Counted from the first letter of the whole stretch, positions 12,904 to 23,850 are shown. The stretch is DNA of 61,741 nt, filler included, from Hausera hauseri (GCA_046269625.1; 11 parts of 11 records of this genome joined end to end with filler, not necessarily neighbours in it), one strand, 5' to 3'. Notes: a model not told the origin generated them from the sequence alone. A program made the numbers and translations.

Positions 12904-15096
12904 GTACGTGTATTCTCCGTTCACTTATTTTTGGTTTTATTTTATTTTTGTTGTAAATTTGTATTGATAATAAAATCTTATAAAATCAAATTGGAACGGC
13001 GTGATGACGGACAAGACAGTGTAGACCATGAATTGAAAGTTATTTAAGAAAGTCAGAGGGACTCGGATATGTGATGCCATCAATTGAGGATAAACCTAGG
13101 ATGAAATGATAAAAGATCGAAAGATATTCGAAATGTCGGAAGAACAGAGATAAAGATAAATCCCTTGAAATTTCGAGAGTGGTTATGAATAAATGTGTTG
13201 ATAGCTATTGTGGTTTGATCATGATATTTACAGTATTGACGATTATTACGGTTCGGTCATAATGTTTACAGCATTGATGATTATTATGATTCGATTGCAA
13301 TATATTTAGAGTATTAGCGAAGAATTTATTCAGCACAAGGCTGATTAAAAACCGTTTCATTTTTATGAATTTTAGATTTGATTCAGAGTAAAATAAGATC
13401 TGATATTTGGAGGACGGAACCCTTTGATGACGTATCGTTATGGTAATAACTATGATTGCGATGAGGCATATGAATTCGATGATATTTGGTGAAGTCGGCG
13501 GAGACGATAAATTGTGCGCATCTATTTGTATGACCGGATTGTGTGCATTTATTTTGTGTTTACATTTAGTTTGATTCTTAGTATTTGATTTCGTGTCGAT
13601 AAATTTGAAGTGTCTGCATTCAAATAGATAAGTCGGCGATGTACACGTTTTGTCTCCAAGGCATGGTGTATCTCTACGCGGTCAGGATCTAAATATACTT
13701 GTTGATGGTCATTTTATAAATATGTATGTGCATATAAACGCGCATTACACGATACCGGATGAAGAAGCACATACTAGTTGAATATATGATACATTCGAAT
13801 CACAATATCAGGATACCGCACACGTTTTCTGGACTTTGTATTTTCTCTGAATAAAGATTTTAAACGAATATTTTCAGTAGCAGCAGGAATACTCAATTTC
13901 GTATGAAATACGATTTTATTGTCTTGCATTTTCTAAACCTTAAAGCAATCAATGTAATCGTCTCAACCCAAAACTATTTCAATCTTGTTGATTATACGGA
14001 AATAATACATGTCACTGAACTGTTCTTCGCGTGAAACACATCATGAGAGTGTGTAATTGCATGCTTCTAATGAACGACATTTGGGAAATTTATTCTACAA
14101 AATATTTAACTTGATATTTTGAGTAATCCCTGAAATTCTAACGATATCATTGATATCACCTGACCTTCCTGTATTGTTACTATGTTTTGTATGTATATGT
14201 GAATGTTCTGTAAATTTAATGATCCCATGATATTTGGTACGTTTGGTGCAAGAGATTGTTGCGACGTCTGGCATTCTGAGGAGGAGTTTTGGGGACTGGG
14301 ACTCCCTCATAAAACCCGACTTCAAATCTCTTTTGATTTTAAGAAGGAAGAGTACGCCCATGATTGGCACATTTTAGAGTTATGTAGCATTACTTGAATA
14401 CGTAAGGTGTTTAATTTCCTTAGTGTATTTCGTAATCCAAATGATTGAGTTGGTGATATACAAGATTCCAATAATCAATATTCGAGGTGTTTAATTGTTT
14501 TAGTGTATTGCGTAATCCATTTTTTGGCCCGGGTGTATATTGATTATTGAATTCAGGACAAAGACGAGATTATAAGATGATACGACAATACCCTACCTCC
14601 TCTTATTATTTATTATATGATTACATAGAATGAGCTCTCAGCCGCTGACTTCTATTACCATACTTAAGGATAATTCCCCTCACTGCATTTAAATTGACTT
14701 ATAACCGGGACAGGAATTAATATATTTCGATTAAATTACCTCAGAGGATAAGAAGGATTCATGATGATAGACGATATAGAAAAATTTCGAAAACAATGGA
14801 ACTCACAAACCTTCAGGTCAGGAGACAAACGGAGATACCCCGATCAATTAGCAAGGAGCAGGTGTATTGGGTAGAAGTACCTTATGTTTGAGAAAACTCA
14901 AGATTGGATCAATAACAGTAAGGTGAAACTGATTTAATGAAGAAATATATATTTATTTCGGACTCGTGAAAAATGATCTTTTTAAGCAGAGGAGTTTGGA
15001 TGAAAGCGAGTAATGGGAATGCGAACGGATGTGAATTATTTATATGTTAGGTACTGTTTAAGGTTACATTAACCCCTGTACCACCAACATATAAAC

Positions 15097-15114
15097 TGGT
15101 GCCCCGAGTGAGGA
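15097..15114 (+). other. Primer-binding site complementary to elongator tRNA-Met
   Basis: TGGTGCCCCGAGTGAGGA matches 17/18 to the complement of the vertebrate elongator tRNA-Met 3' end as I recall it (TGGTGCCCCGTGTGAGGA); first 15 nt identical at 55489. Confidence 0.82.
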
Positions 15115-15176
15115 CACCATATTGATAAAATGAACAATAATTTTAAATAAAATTGTTATATAAATTTGAAATTTAG

Positions 15177-15463
15177 ATGACGATCCATATGCACCATTGA
15201 AATGCGAAATATGTTATGGACTACTTGGGAGGAACTATGCGTTACTGCGATGTACGCATATTATGTGTGTTAGGTGCGCGGACCATTGGCTGTCAAAAAG
15301 TCAAACGTGTCCTTTTTGCAGAAGAAGGACCAGTTCCTATCAGTCCAGAGGGATAACTATAGTGGTAATTTATGATGGTGAAGAAGACGAGAATCCGGCA
15401 GAAGGAGACCAACATGACTTATATGTATATGGGCCTAACGGGCTAGTCTATATGCCCATTTGA
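15177..15463 (+). CDS. Cassette A: C3HC4 RING-finger terminal exon
   Basis: Acceptor atttag|, phase 1; CEIC..CTH.MCVRC..CPFC; in-frame TGA at 15167 and no in-frame ATG before the first Cys; AATAAA 15471. Confidence 0.9.
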
Positions 15464-15541
15464 TAATTATAATAAAGCTGTTTTCAAGATTGATTGATAT
15501 TGAAGAATTAGAATTGATAATATTGAAATGAACATATTTAG

Positions 15542-15783
15542 GATGTATCATATGTAAAAAACTAGAAGAGGATCAAAATGAAGGAATTCAATGCCCGCTA
15601 TGTGAGTTTATCGAAAAATTGGATCAGTCAGAAGATTCGTTCACATGCGCCTACTGCGAACAGGATGTGAGTTTGGGCCTGATGACCATGGACGATGAGT
15701 GTTTTTTGTTGTGTCCTGTATGTGCCCTGACATGTGATGATATATGGGAAATTAAAAATTTGGCAGGAATCCCTGACTTGTGA
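15542..15783 (+). CDS. Cassette B: four-CxxC zinc-binding protein terminal exon (not in ORF track)
   Basis: Acceptor atttag|, phase 1; GCIICKK..QCPLCEFIEK..FTCAYCEQ..LLCPVCAL..IPDL*; homologous to 56034-56254; AATAAA 15798. Confidence 0.85.
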
Positions 15784-15892
15784 ATAATTATGAGTTTAAT
15801 AAATCTTGGCATTTGAAATTTGTTTCACTAATTGGAAGAAATTATTTATAATGAAAATAGAATATAATAGGAATAAACTATTACTGTTTAAG

Positions 15893-16350
15893 GAAATGGA
15901 AACGGAAATAGAAACGGAAATGAAAATGGAATGGAAACCAAAAAATGCCCTATTTGCCTGGAAGAAGTAGCAACCCAAAAAACAATATTACCTTGCAGAC
16001 ACCAGTACTGCACAGCCTGTATCGATACCTGGATGATGGTACAAAATACCTGCCCATGTTGCAGAAGAGCATACGTTTTATGCTGGCTATGCTATCAACT
16101 GATATCCGACGACATTGTAGAACTCTCTTGCAAGCACACATTTTGTAAGGAGTGCATCAAAACCCATGTTGAAACATACCAATTATGCCCGTATTGCTAT
16201 GAAGACATTGATTACTATATGATAGAAGGGATGATCGTGTATCTGAACATTATTGAACAACCAACTATGACATTAGTGATTGATGAAGATGATGGCAGTT
16301 GGCCAGAAGCGTGGAGAAATCCACAACCATATATATTAGATATAAATTGA
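15893..16350 (+). CDS. Cassette C: tandem double RING-finger terminal exon
   Basis: Acceptor tttaag|, phase 1; two back-to-back C3HC4 RINGs (CPIC..CRH.YCTAC..CPCC, CWLC..CKH.FCKEC..CPYC); AATAAA 16355. Confidence 0.9.
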
Positions 16351-16400
16351 AATTAATAAAATTTATCATAGTGAGTTGCTTATTCTCTTTATTATTTAAG

Positions 16401-16696
16401 GTTATTTCCCCGACTTGAATTCCGTACCTGTTTTATCACACGGATTTCAACAGAAAGTAAATCACTATTATTCCATCTATAATCCAAATGGAAAATTCAC
16501 CGCAATAGGAAAAGAATGCACAATATGTCTCAACAATTACTCCACCAACCCAGTTGAGTTAATATCCTGCAAACACCAATTCTGTCGCTGCTGTATAAAG
16601 GAGTGGTTTATTAACAATAACACTTGTCCGACATGCCGTACAATTAACAAACTGTTCTTGTACGAATATAAATATTATACCATAAAGAATTTATAA
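16401..16696 (+). CDS. Cassette D: RING-finger terminal exon
   Basis: Acceptor tttaag|, phase 1; CTIC..CKH.FCRCC..CPTC; the frame has no ATG at all and an in-frame TAA at 16397; AATAAA overlaps the stop (16696). Confidence 0.9.
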
Positions 16697-16743
16697 ATAA
16701 AATTTGTTTAAAGTTCTGATTTTTGAAATATAATGCATTGTAG

Positions 16744-17966
16744 ACGAGATAAAAGAAATGAAAAAGGTTCAATTTCAAACTCCCAGATATTGCGAATATA
16801 CCAAATCAGTGCAACCTAATACAATACAGTACATCCTATGTTATCAGAATAGACAATTCGGACCAGCCTCATTCATTAAGAAACGGATAACCTACTCTAA
16901 AATGACAGTGTCAGACAGCTCCATGAAAGATACACAAAATAGAAAGATATCGTTTCTAGAACATCCAAATTCACCCGTCCCGGGAGAACTAGCTCAATTA
17001 TATGCCAACGCCGGATTATTCCGAACCACAGCAGGAGAGATAAAATGTTTATACTGTCAGGGAGAATTTCAATATGAACAATTAAAAAATAGACCGAAAG
17101 AAGAACATAAGAAACTGCGCGCCACTTGTCCCTACATACTAGATGTAGATGTAGGCAATATACCACTCATCGACACATTTACTAGGAAGCCCGACCTGGA
17201 TCCAGACGCTAAGTACGACGAAATAATATCTGCACAAATAGTTTATTCAATCGATAATATAGTAGCAGAAAATATACAATTAATATCGGATACAGTACAA
17301 GACAGAAAATTAACTTTTCAAGGGAATAGAAAAATGAAGCATTTGGCCCGACAAGGATTGATATCGATATTCAAAGAAGGAACACAATACGTCAAATGTA
17401 CTAAATGTCTTAAGGAAACATATTGGTTGGAAGAAATCGACCAGCGATGCCCGGCAGTGTTACATACCAACAAATGCGAGTACTCAGTATATAAAATATC
17501 CGATAATAATACTAAAAAACAATGTAGAATACAATTTAACACAGGAAAACTGTATGAATGTTATCAAGATAGTCCTGTGGCCATATCGGTAATATCAAGA
17601 CATCCTACCAAAAGAGAAAACATACTACAGTATATTAAACATCAAACGGAAACTCAGCCCGATTGGTCGCCAAATGTATTCGACCTGTGTCAAAATCTAA
17701 ATTTTATTGATCCAGAGAAAGAAAGAGAACCTGAGCGAAATATTCTTGACAATCTTTACCTTCGCGATTTGGAGTGTGTAATCTGCTACACGGATGTGGC
17801 ACAAGTTATCTTCTTACCTTGTGGTCATTTGAAAACCTGCGAAAATTGTTCAAGTCAAACAACAAACTGTCCGGTCTGTAGAAGCAACATAGAGAGACGA
17901 GTGACGTATTTTCAGTTCTCGGAAGAAATTAGTGAAATAACTTTGACAAATATGGACCTTGACTAA
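16744..17966 (+). CDS. Cassette E: inhibitor-of-apoptosis-like protein (BIR, degenerate BIR, RING)
   Basis: Acceptor ttgtag|, phase 1. BIR1 RKISF..AG..CLYC-x16-H-x6-C; second BIR-like RKLTF..CTKC..H..C; IAP-type RING CVIC..FLPCGHLKTCENC..CPVCR. No internal intron needed. AATAAA 17988. Confidence 0.92.
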
Positions 17967-18041
17967 TAATTAATGTGAATTTATTTGAATAAACATTATT
18001 TACGAATTTGTTGAGTTAAAGTTAAAATAGACTTATTCTAG

Positions 18042-18134
18042 AATCTTCGATTATCGATAACATGACTTTGCCCAACCTCAACGACTGGATAATCCAAGTG
18101 ATGACGATAAAGAATCAACCACCTAAATTAGCAT
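18042..18134 (+). CDS. Cassette F: start of a further phase-1 exon, truncated by contig end, product unknown
   Basis: Acceptor ttctag| about 50 nt after the IAP AATAAA; phase-1 frame ESSIIDNMTLPNLNDWIIQV... is open to the contig end (only about 30 codons). Confidence 0.55.
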
Positions 18135-18234
18135 NNNNNNNNNNNNNNNNNNNNNNNNNNNNNNNNNNNNNNNNNNNNTTAATTAATTAANNNNNNNNNN
18201 NNNNNNNNNNNNNNNNNNNNNNNNNNNNNNNNNN

Positions 18235-18400
18235 TCCTAGTGTTGGATTTGGAATATTATTTAATTTATGTACTATTGTAACATCTGCAATGTGGTTGTC
18301 TGGTAAATCTTCAGAACTATATGCAATGTCATGTTTTAGTGCTGCAGCATCTACTCGATTTATTGGTTTTGACCATTCATGTGTGTAAGGTTCCACCTTA
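18235..18400 (-). mobile_element. Parvovirus-type PLA2 (PLA2X) domain fragment, Polinton/adintovirus-like
   Basis: KPINRVDAAALKHDIAY..HIAD matches the viral PLA2 DxxAxxHDxxY motif; truncated by contig start. Confidence 0.75.
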
Positions 18401-20237
18401 CAAAAAAATACTATTAACAAAATCAAAAAAATAACAATCGACAATATCACCGATTCATCCTAAGTAAAAAATACTAAAATTAAAATTTCTTAACATTTTC
18501 ATGAATTCATCTATACAAAAATAAAGATAGCAGAATGAAAAGAGGAGAATCACAAGTGCCGAAGTGACCAACACTTTGTGATAAACAACAAAAATTTGTT
18601 TAAATCCACAGTTTAAAGCTAGTTGTTTTATAATCAAAAAGAATTATTTAAAAAATCTGAAAAAGAATTTTTCGAAAAAACAATTCCAGAAAGTTCCGAA
18701 AAACTATCATTAAACATTCTCAAAGTATCGTCTGTTCGCCACTACAAGAACAAAACCACGACCAAACCTGGTGAACCCATAATCAGGGAACAGGAGAAGT
18801 CAAGTGTGCCTGTTCCGCCTCCCGCCAAGCCCAAAATTGGTGAACCAATCACCCGAAACGAAGGCACGGCAATCACGTCGAAACCGGAAGCCAATTGCGA
18901 AGTCAGATTCAACAAAGTCATCAATTTGACATCGGGGTATTGGATCCCTACGTGATATTAACCAGTACTGGCGAGAATACAGGACCCAGGCGACAGTTAA
19001 GTCTTAACCCTCAAGCCAGACCAGCCATGCTTGACCCGGTGAGTCACCGTCTCCCGCGGAAGACGACGCTGTAACCCCGACAAGCGAGCCCAGTACCGAT
19101 CCTATTCGGACTTTCTGATGGTACGGGAGCTGTTGCAACGGAGCCGTTTCGTACGGCTCTTTGCCAGGTTGGGACGAGATGATTCCTACTCCTTACCTGT
19201 GGGAACCCTCCACCGGTTTTACGACGACGGAGAAAATTGACGACTTTTCGATTCATCGGTTTTCCTGCCGGACTTCCTAAGACTTATGGCGGCCGCCGAC
19301 TGCCTTTTCGAATCGCTGACTCCCTCAGAGAGCCAGTTGATTCCGGAACGCCGAATCCCTGAAAAGCGGCGGACAAGGACTTCGAGCTCTGATGAAACAC
19401 CAATTCCGTGTCGCAGACGCCGCTTAGATCCGACACGACGGAAAGCCGCACGGATGGATTCAAATTCGGACGATACTCCGACTTGTCCACGCCGAAGTCC
19501 AAGGATTAATCCGGCCCTGTCCTTACCCGAATACTCCTACGCCTCGGCGGACGATTCACGAGAATTTAATAAAAATTACTCTCGTTATTTTTTCGTCTTC
19601 CATATTTTTGTTTCAGTCGTTTTATTCGACTGTATTTACATGTTTTCCCGTTTTTTGATTGAAAGTTCCATCCACAAGGAGAAGAACTCTAAAATGGTGG
19701 CAGGGGTTACCGCATTAACGCCTTATAACACAAACGCAGCCTTTGAAATAAATCCGTCTCAAACACTGCACAAAACCTTTGATAGCATTCAGGCTCAAAT
19801 TCACACAAGTGCCGTAGAAACTAATCCGGTCACATTCGTGCATCACCAAACATGATCACGTAATACCCACAAACAGTTGTATCACCAAAATCAACTGCAA
19901 TCAGAAATTTACAACGCGTGACAGTGAACAAGTGTTAAAATATTCTAGCACTAACACATGCGTCAACACCGTCAAATCGGAATACAAACCCGATTATACG
20001 AACCGCTACAAAATAGCACACACAAGCAAAAAGTCGCTATTTAACGATTCACCCAATCGTCAGTCGACTGAACTCGCCAAACGAAGTACAACTCATTGTA
20101 CAAAATTGGCGTCATACGAAAGCTCATCGCTTTCCATCCACTCTAGATATGTCGCGAATGCTGGGAGTTTTAAACCAACAATATCCCGAGCATACATTGC
20201 GCAATCAATACAATTTTCATAGACAATAACATTATAC

Positions 20238-23200
20238 TGGGGGCTCCAAAACTAAAAGGAGGCGTTGACATCCACAAGCCCTACAAAAAAGCTGAAACTG
20301 CTTCAGCATCACCGGCTAAACCACCCTAATTCGCGTGTCCCACCTTCATAGGTTCAGACGGAACTGCATTGAAGTGGTTCCATGTGTTTGAAACATGGGC
20401 TACTCAATGCAGCATCACGAGCCAACTAAACAAGGCCTTAACATTAATACAATACCTGCAGCCAACAACGCTTGCAGCAACAACGGATCTGGACACGTTA
20501 TTGTCAGATGAAAAGCCGTTTGGCAGAATCAAAGCATATCTGCCATCCCAACAAGACCAGTTCAACTTGGTTTTAACCAAGCGACAGACATGGAATTTGA
20601 AACCTCCTCTGCTTCAAAAGTTACGCTCAGACTTGAGCAATGCTGAGTTGGACCTCCAAAGCAACCAGCACATACCACGGCGCTACTTCCTGAGTAGTTT
20701 GCCAAAGCAAATTCAAGCCGCCTATGTGCTATTACCGCCCGACACAACATTGAACGATATGACATTAAGCTGACAAAATATACGAGTGCATTAAAGGCAC
20801 CGTAGAATCTGCACTAACGCAAAACATAAACTCCGTCATAGCGGCCTAGCACAATCAGTTGGACACGATTATTGTCGCCCTGTAGGCACTTGTAACGCAC
20901 AAGAATCTGCCAGCCAAGGACAGACCGTCATCTCGGCGCCAATCCCAAAGAGAAAGTAAGGCAAATTTTCCAAAATTTGCCATTTCCACACTCGATTTGA
21001 CGAATCCGCCTACAAATCTTATCTTGGTTGCCAATTCGACAAGTCGTCGGCAAATATAAAAATGCAACACTTGCATTTATCACAATCATTTCGGTCCGGA
21101 TGCAAAATCTGTCGACCTGGCTGCATATTTTAGAAGCCATCAAAAACTAAATGAGCTCGGCGACCAACGGCACGTCGACTGGAAACCCAATCACTACAAC
21201 TGCCGTACACAAATAACGAACGCATTGTCGATGCTATTTTTACTCTCAAGGCGGAGCCACTACACTCTGACATTTCGATACAACTAGATTTTCTAATCGA
21301 CAATGGTGCAGCTATATTGCCGATACTTAGCGCATGCGCTAGACCTACGCTGGTGTCACATGCATCACGCAATGCTGCCAGTGGCACGCGAATATCAACC
21401 ACAGGTACTCTGTACCTACAATTTTATCTCCAAGGCCGAGCATACGCTTGGTCATTCATATTGGCCGATGTCATGCAACCAATACTTGGTTCTGACTTCC
21501 TAGATCACTATGATCTTACCGTGGATTGCCGAAATCAACATCTCACCAGCGGGAGCAATCCATTACCTCCACCCGCACTCACGCTAACTATAAATGCGGT
21601 CACGGGCATAAAAATTGCCAATCCCATTGACATCGCACCATTGCTCCAAGCGCAATATCCTAACTTGTTGAAACGCTCAACACAACCAACTCAAAAAAAG
21701 GTGAAAACATCATCCTTTCTCGTCACATCATGTGATCGACCGATTCGGCAACCCCGGAAGGAGCTTGACCCTGTCAAGAGAGCAGCCGCGGAAGCCGAAT
21801 TCCGACACCTCGAAGAAGCAGGCATCATACGCCGCTCTACATCGCCATGGACATCACCATTGCACATGGTTCTTAAAAAGGACGGTTCATACCGGCCTTG
21901 TGGTAACTATAGAATGTTAAACAACGTCACCATCCACGATTCATACCAAACACCGTTGTTAACAGATATATTGCATCGTCTACATGGTGCCGCAATATTC
22001 AGTACAATTGATCTGGAAATGGCATACCACCAGATCCCATTTTCTAACAAAGACATTCCAAAAACGGCCGTAATAACGCCTTTTGGTTTGTTCGAGTATC
22101 TATGCATGGCCACAGTTCTCTTCCTGAACGGCTAGAAACCATCAAACAAATACCGAAGCTATTCACAGTGACTGGACGTCACAGTTTCCTTGGCACGATC
22201 AATTTCTGCCATCGCTACATTCCACACTGCTCGGAAATCCTTTCACCTCTATCTGCTCGAAACCAAGGACCCAAAAAATGCCAGGTAAACTGGAGGGATT
22301 AAAATGAACAGGCATTTGCTTTTTCACATACCTACACTACACTATCCTAAACGAGATGCACCTTTCATCTTAACAACAGATGCATCTACAATCGCTGCAG
22401 GCGCCATGTTTGCTCAATCAATAGATATCAAAAATGCTCCCATTGAATTTATTTCCCACAAATTCAATTCGGCTGTGCAACGCTATTCAACTTTCAACCG
22501 AGATTTACTAGTCATAATTCTTAGTGTCAAACACTTCACACATTTCCTCGAAGGAAATGTGTTCACAATCCGCATGGATCACAAACCGCTCATTCGCATG
22601 ATGAGTATGAAAAACCCATCTCCTCGTCAAGAGCGACACGTTATTTCTGTCAAAATTCTTATTCCAGATAGAACACATAACTGGAAAAGATAACAGTTGC
22701 TGATTTCTTTCCCAGAACTTGGATATCGACAATATCCTTTGACCAAATTTTCACGGAAGACGTTCTCCGATCGCACCCTCCACATGAAGATGATGTTACG
22801 TTCTTCAAAACAGTAGACACAAAGGATGGAATACACTACAATACCATCTTTAATGGTTGTCGACGCCAAATTCTTGCAGTGAACCTACGGAAACAGGCGT
22901 TTGACACCATTCACAGCATTCATCACCCTGGATAAAAAGCCACAGCTCGCCTATTAAGCAGTAGAGTTTGTTGGCCTCGCATGCTACGTGACATAAAGCA
23001 GTGGACAAAAGAATGCTCACTTTGCCAACAGTATAAATTCAACAAGACTACAACCACTAATCCTACACTATCCTACTGGCTCACGGTTTGAAACTATCCA
23101 CATGGATATAGTAGGACCACTTTCTGAATGTAACGCATATCAGTACATCCTAACCATTCTCGAGTGGAAAACAAGATGGCCCGAAGCCATTCCAATCCGC

Positions 23201-23357
23201 CAAATAACAACGCAAAGCGTTGTGTCTGTATTGCTATAAACATGGATTTCTCGATTTAGAGTACCTAAAAACATTATAAAAGATCAAGGTACCCAATTCG
23301 AATCAGCCATGTTTAACCAATTAACCAAATCGCTTGGTTCAAAGCATATACATACAT
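20238..23357 (+). mobile_element. Decayed Ty3/Gypsy LTR retrotransposon gag-pol
   Basis: PBS-like TGGGGGCTC (tRNA-Pro) at 20238 after AACA; gag PTFIG..WF..FE; protease FLIDNGA; RT SPWTSPLHMV..YRPCGNYR..TPFGLFEY; RNase H LTTDAS; integrase HMDIVGPL and DQGTQFES; many stops and frameshifts. Confidence 0.93.
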
Positions 23358-23457
23358 NNNNNNNNNNNNNNNNNNNNNNNNNNNNNNNNNNNNNNNNNNN
23401 NTTAATTAATTAANNNNNNNNNNNNNNNNNNNNNNNNNNNNNNNNNNNNNNNNNNNN

Positions 23458-23850
23458 TGTAAAGCATCCAAGAGTCCATAAATATCCGAAACTGGAAACG
23501 TGAACTTCTCCGTAATTGTGTTCAACTTCCTAAAATCCATGCACATGCGAATAAACCCGTCGTTTTAGGTATCACCACCAGTGGTGTATTCCAAGGGCTT
23601 TGTCATGTCCTGATAATTCCGCTGTTCAGAAATCGGTCGATCAATCTTTCAACCTTTGGCTCCAAGTGAATCGGAAGTCTCCTGGGCGGCTGCGCAGTTG
23701 GGTCGCCTGTAGTTTCAATGTAATGTTGCACGATCTTTGTATGGCCTATGTCAAAAGCTGAAACCACAAAAATATCACCGTACTTTTGAATCATCCGCTT
23801 GAGAGATAGGTGTGCTGCAAAAACTTCCAAGGCCAACTTTTCGTGAAATT
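23458..23850 (-). mobile_element. Gypsy RT N-terminal fragment of a different family
   Basis: QHYIETTGDPTAQPPRRLP..SGIIRT*QSPWNTPLVV..MCMDFRKLN. Confidence 0.85.

Larger units (their letters stand above)
11983..15089 (+). mobile_element. Putative giant LTR (3107 bp), copy 1
   Basis: Begins TGTT after the PPT and ends AACA 7 nt before a PBS. Contains tandem duplications (11997-12055, 12117-12166, 12494-12645), CRE sites, a TATA box and a leader exon. Only one LTR is in the contig, so the direct repeat cannot be confirmed. Confidence 0.72.

Noticed and set aside
14095-14397. Overlapping short ORFs inside LTR copy 1
   Set aside because: No counterpart seen in copy 2 and no cassette signature
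15177-17966. Cassettes as consecutive exons of one multi-RING gene
   Set aside because: Each ends in a stop plus AATAAA, with C-termini conserved between copies up to or near the stop
15177-18134. Spliced-leader trans-splicing operon with the AUG-ending flatworm leader supplying the start codon
   Set aside because: That needs phase-0 acceptors; all ten observed are phase 1, and a cis phase-1 donor exists at 12903
11922-18134. Baculovirus, nudivirus or other large DNA virus fragment
   Set aside because: No viral core genes; PPT, TG..CA ends, PBS and splice-dependent frames point to an LTR element
19286-19855. Arg/Ser/Pro-rich ORF and PBS-like TGGTGGCAG near 19695
   Set aside because: No domain recognised and no matching LTR structure; probably part of another repeat
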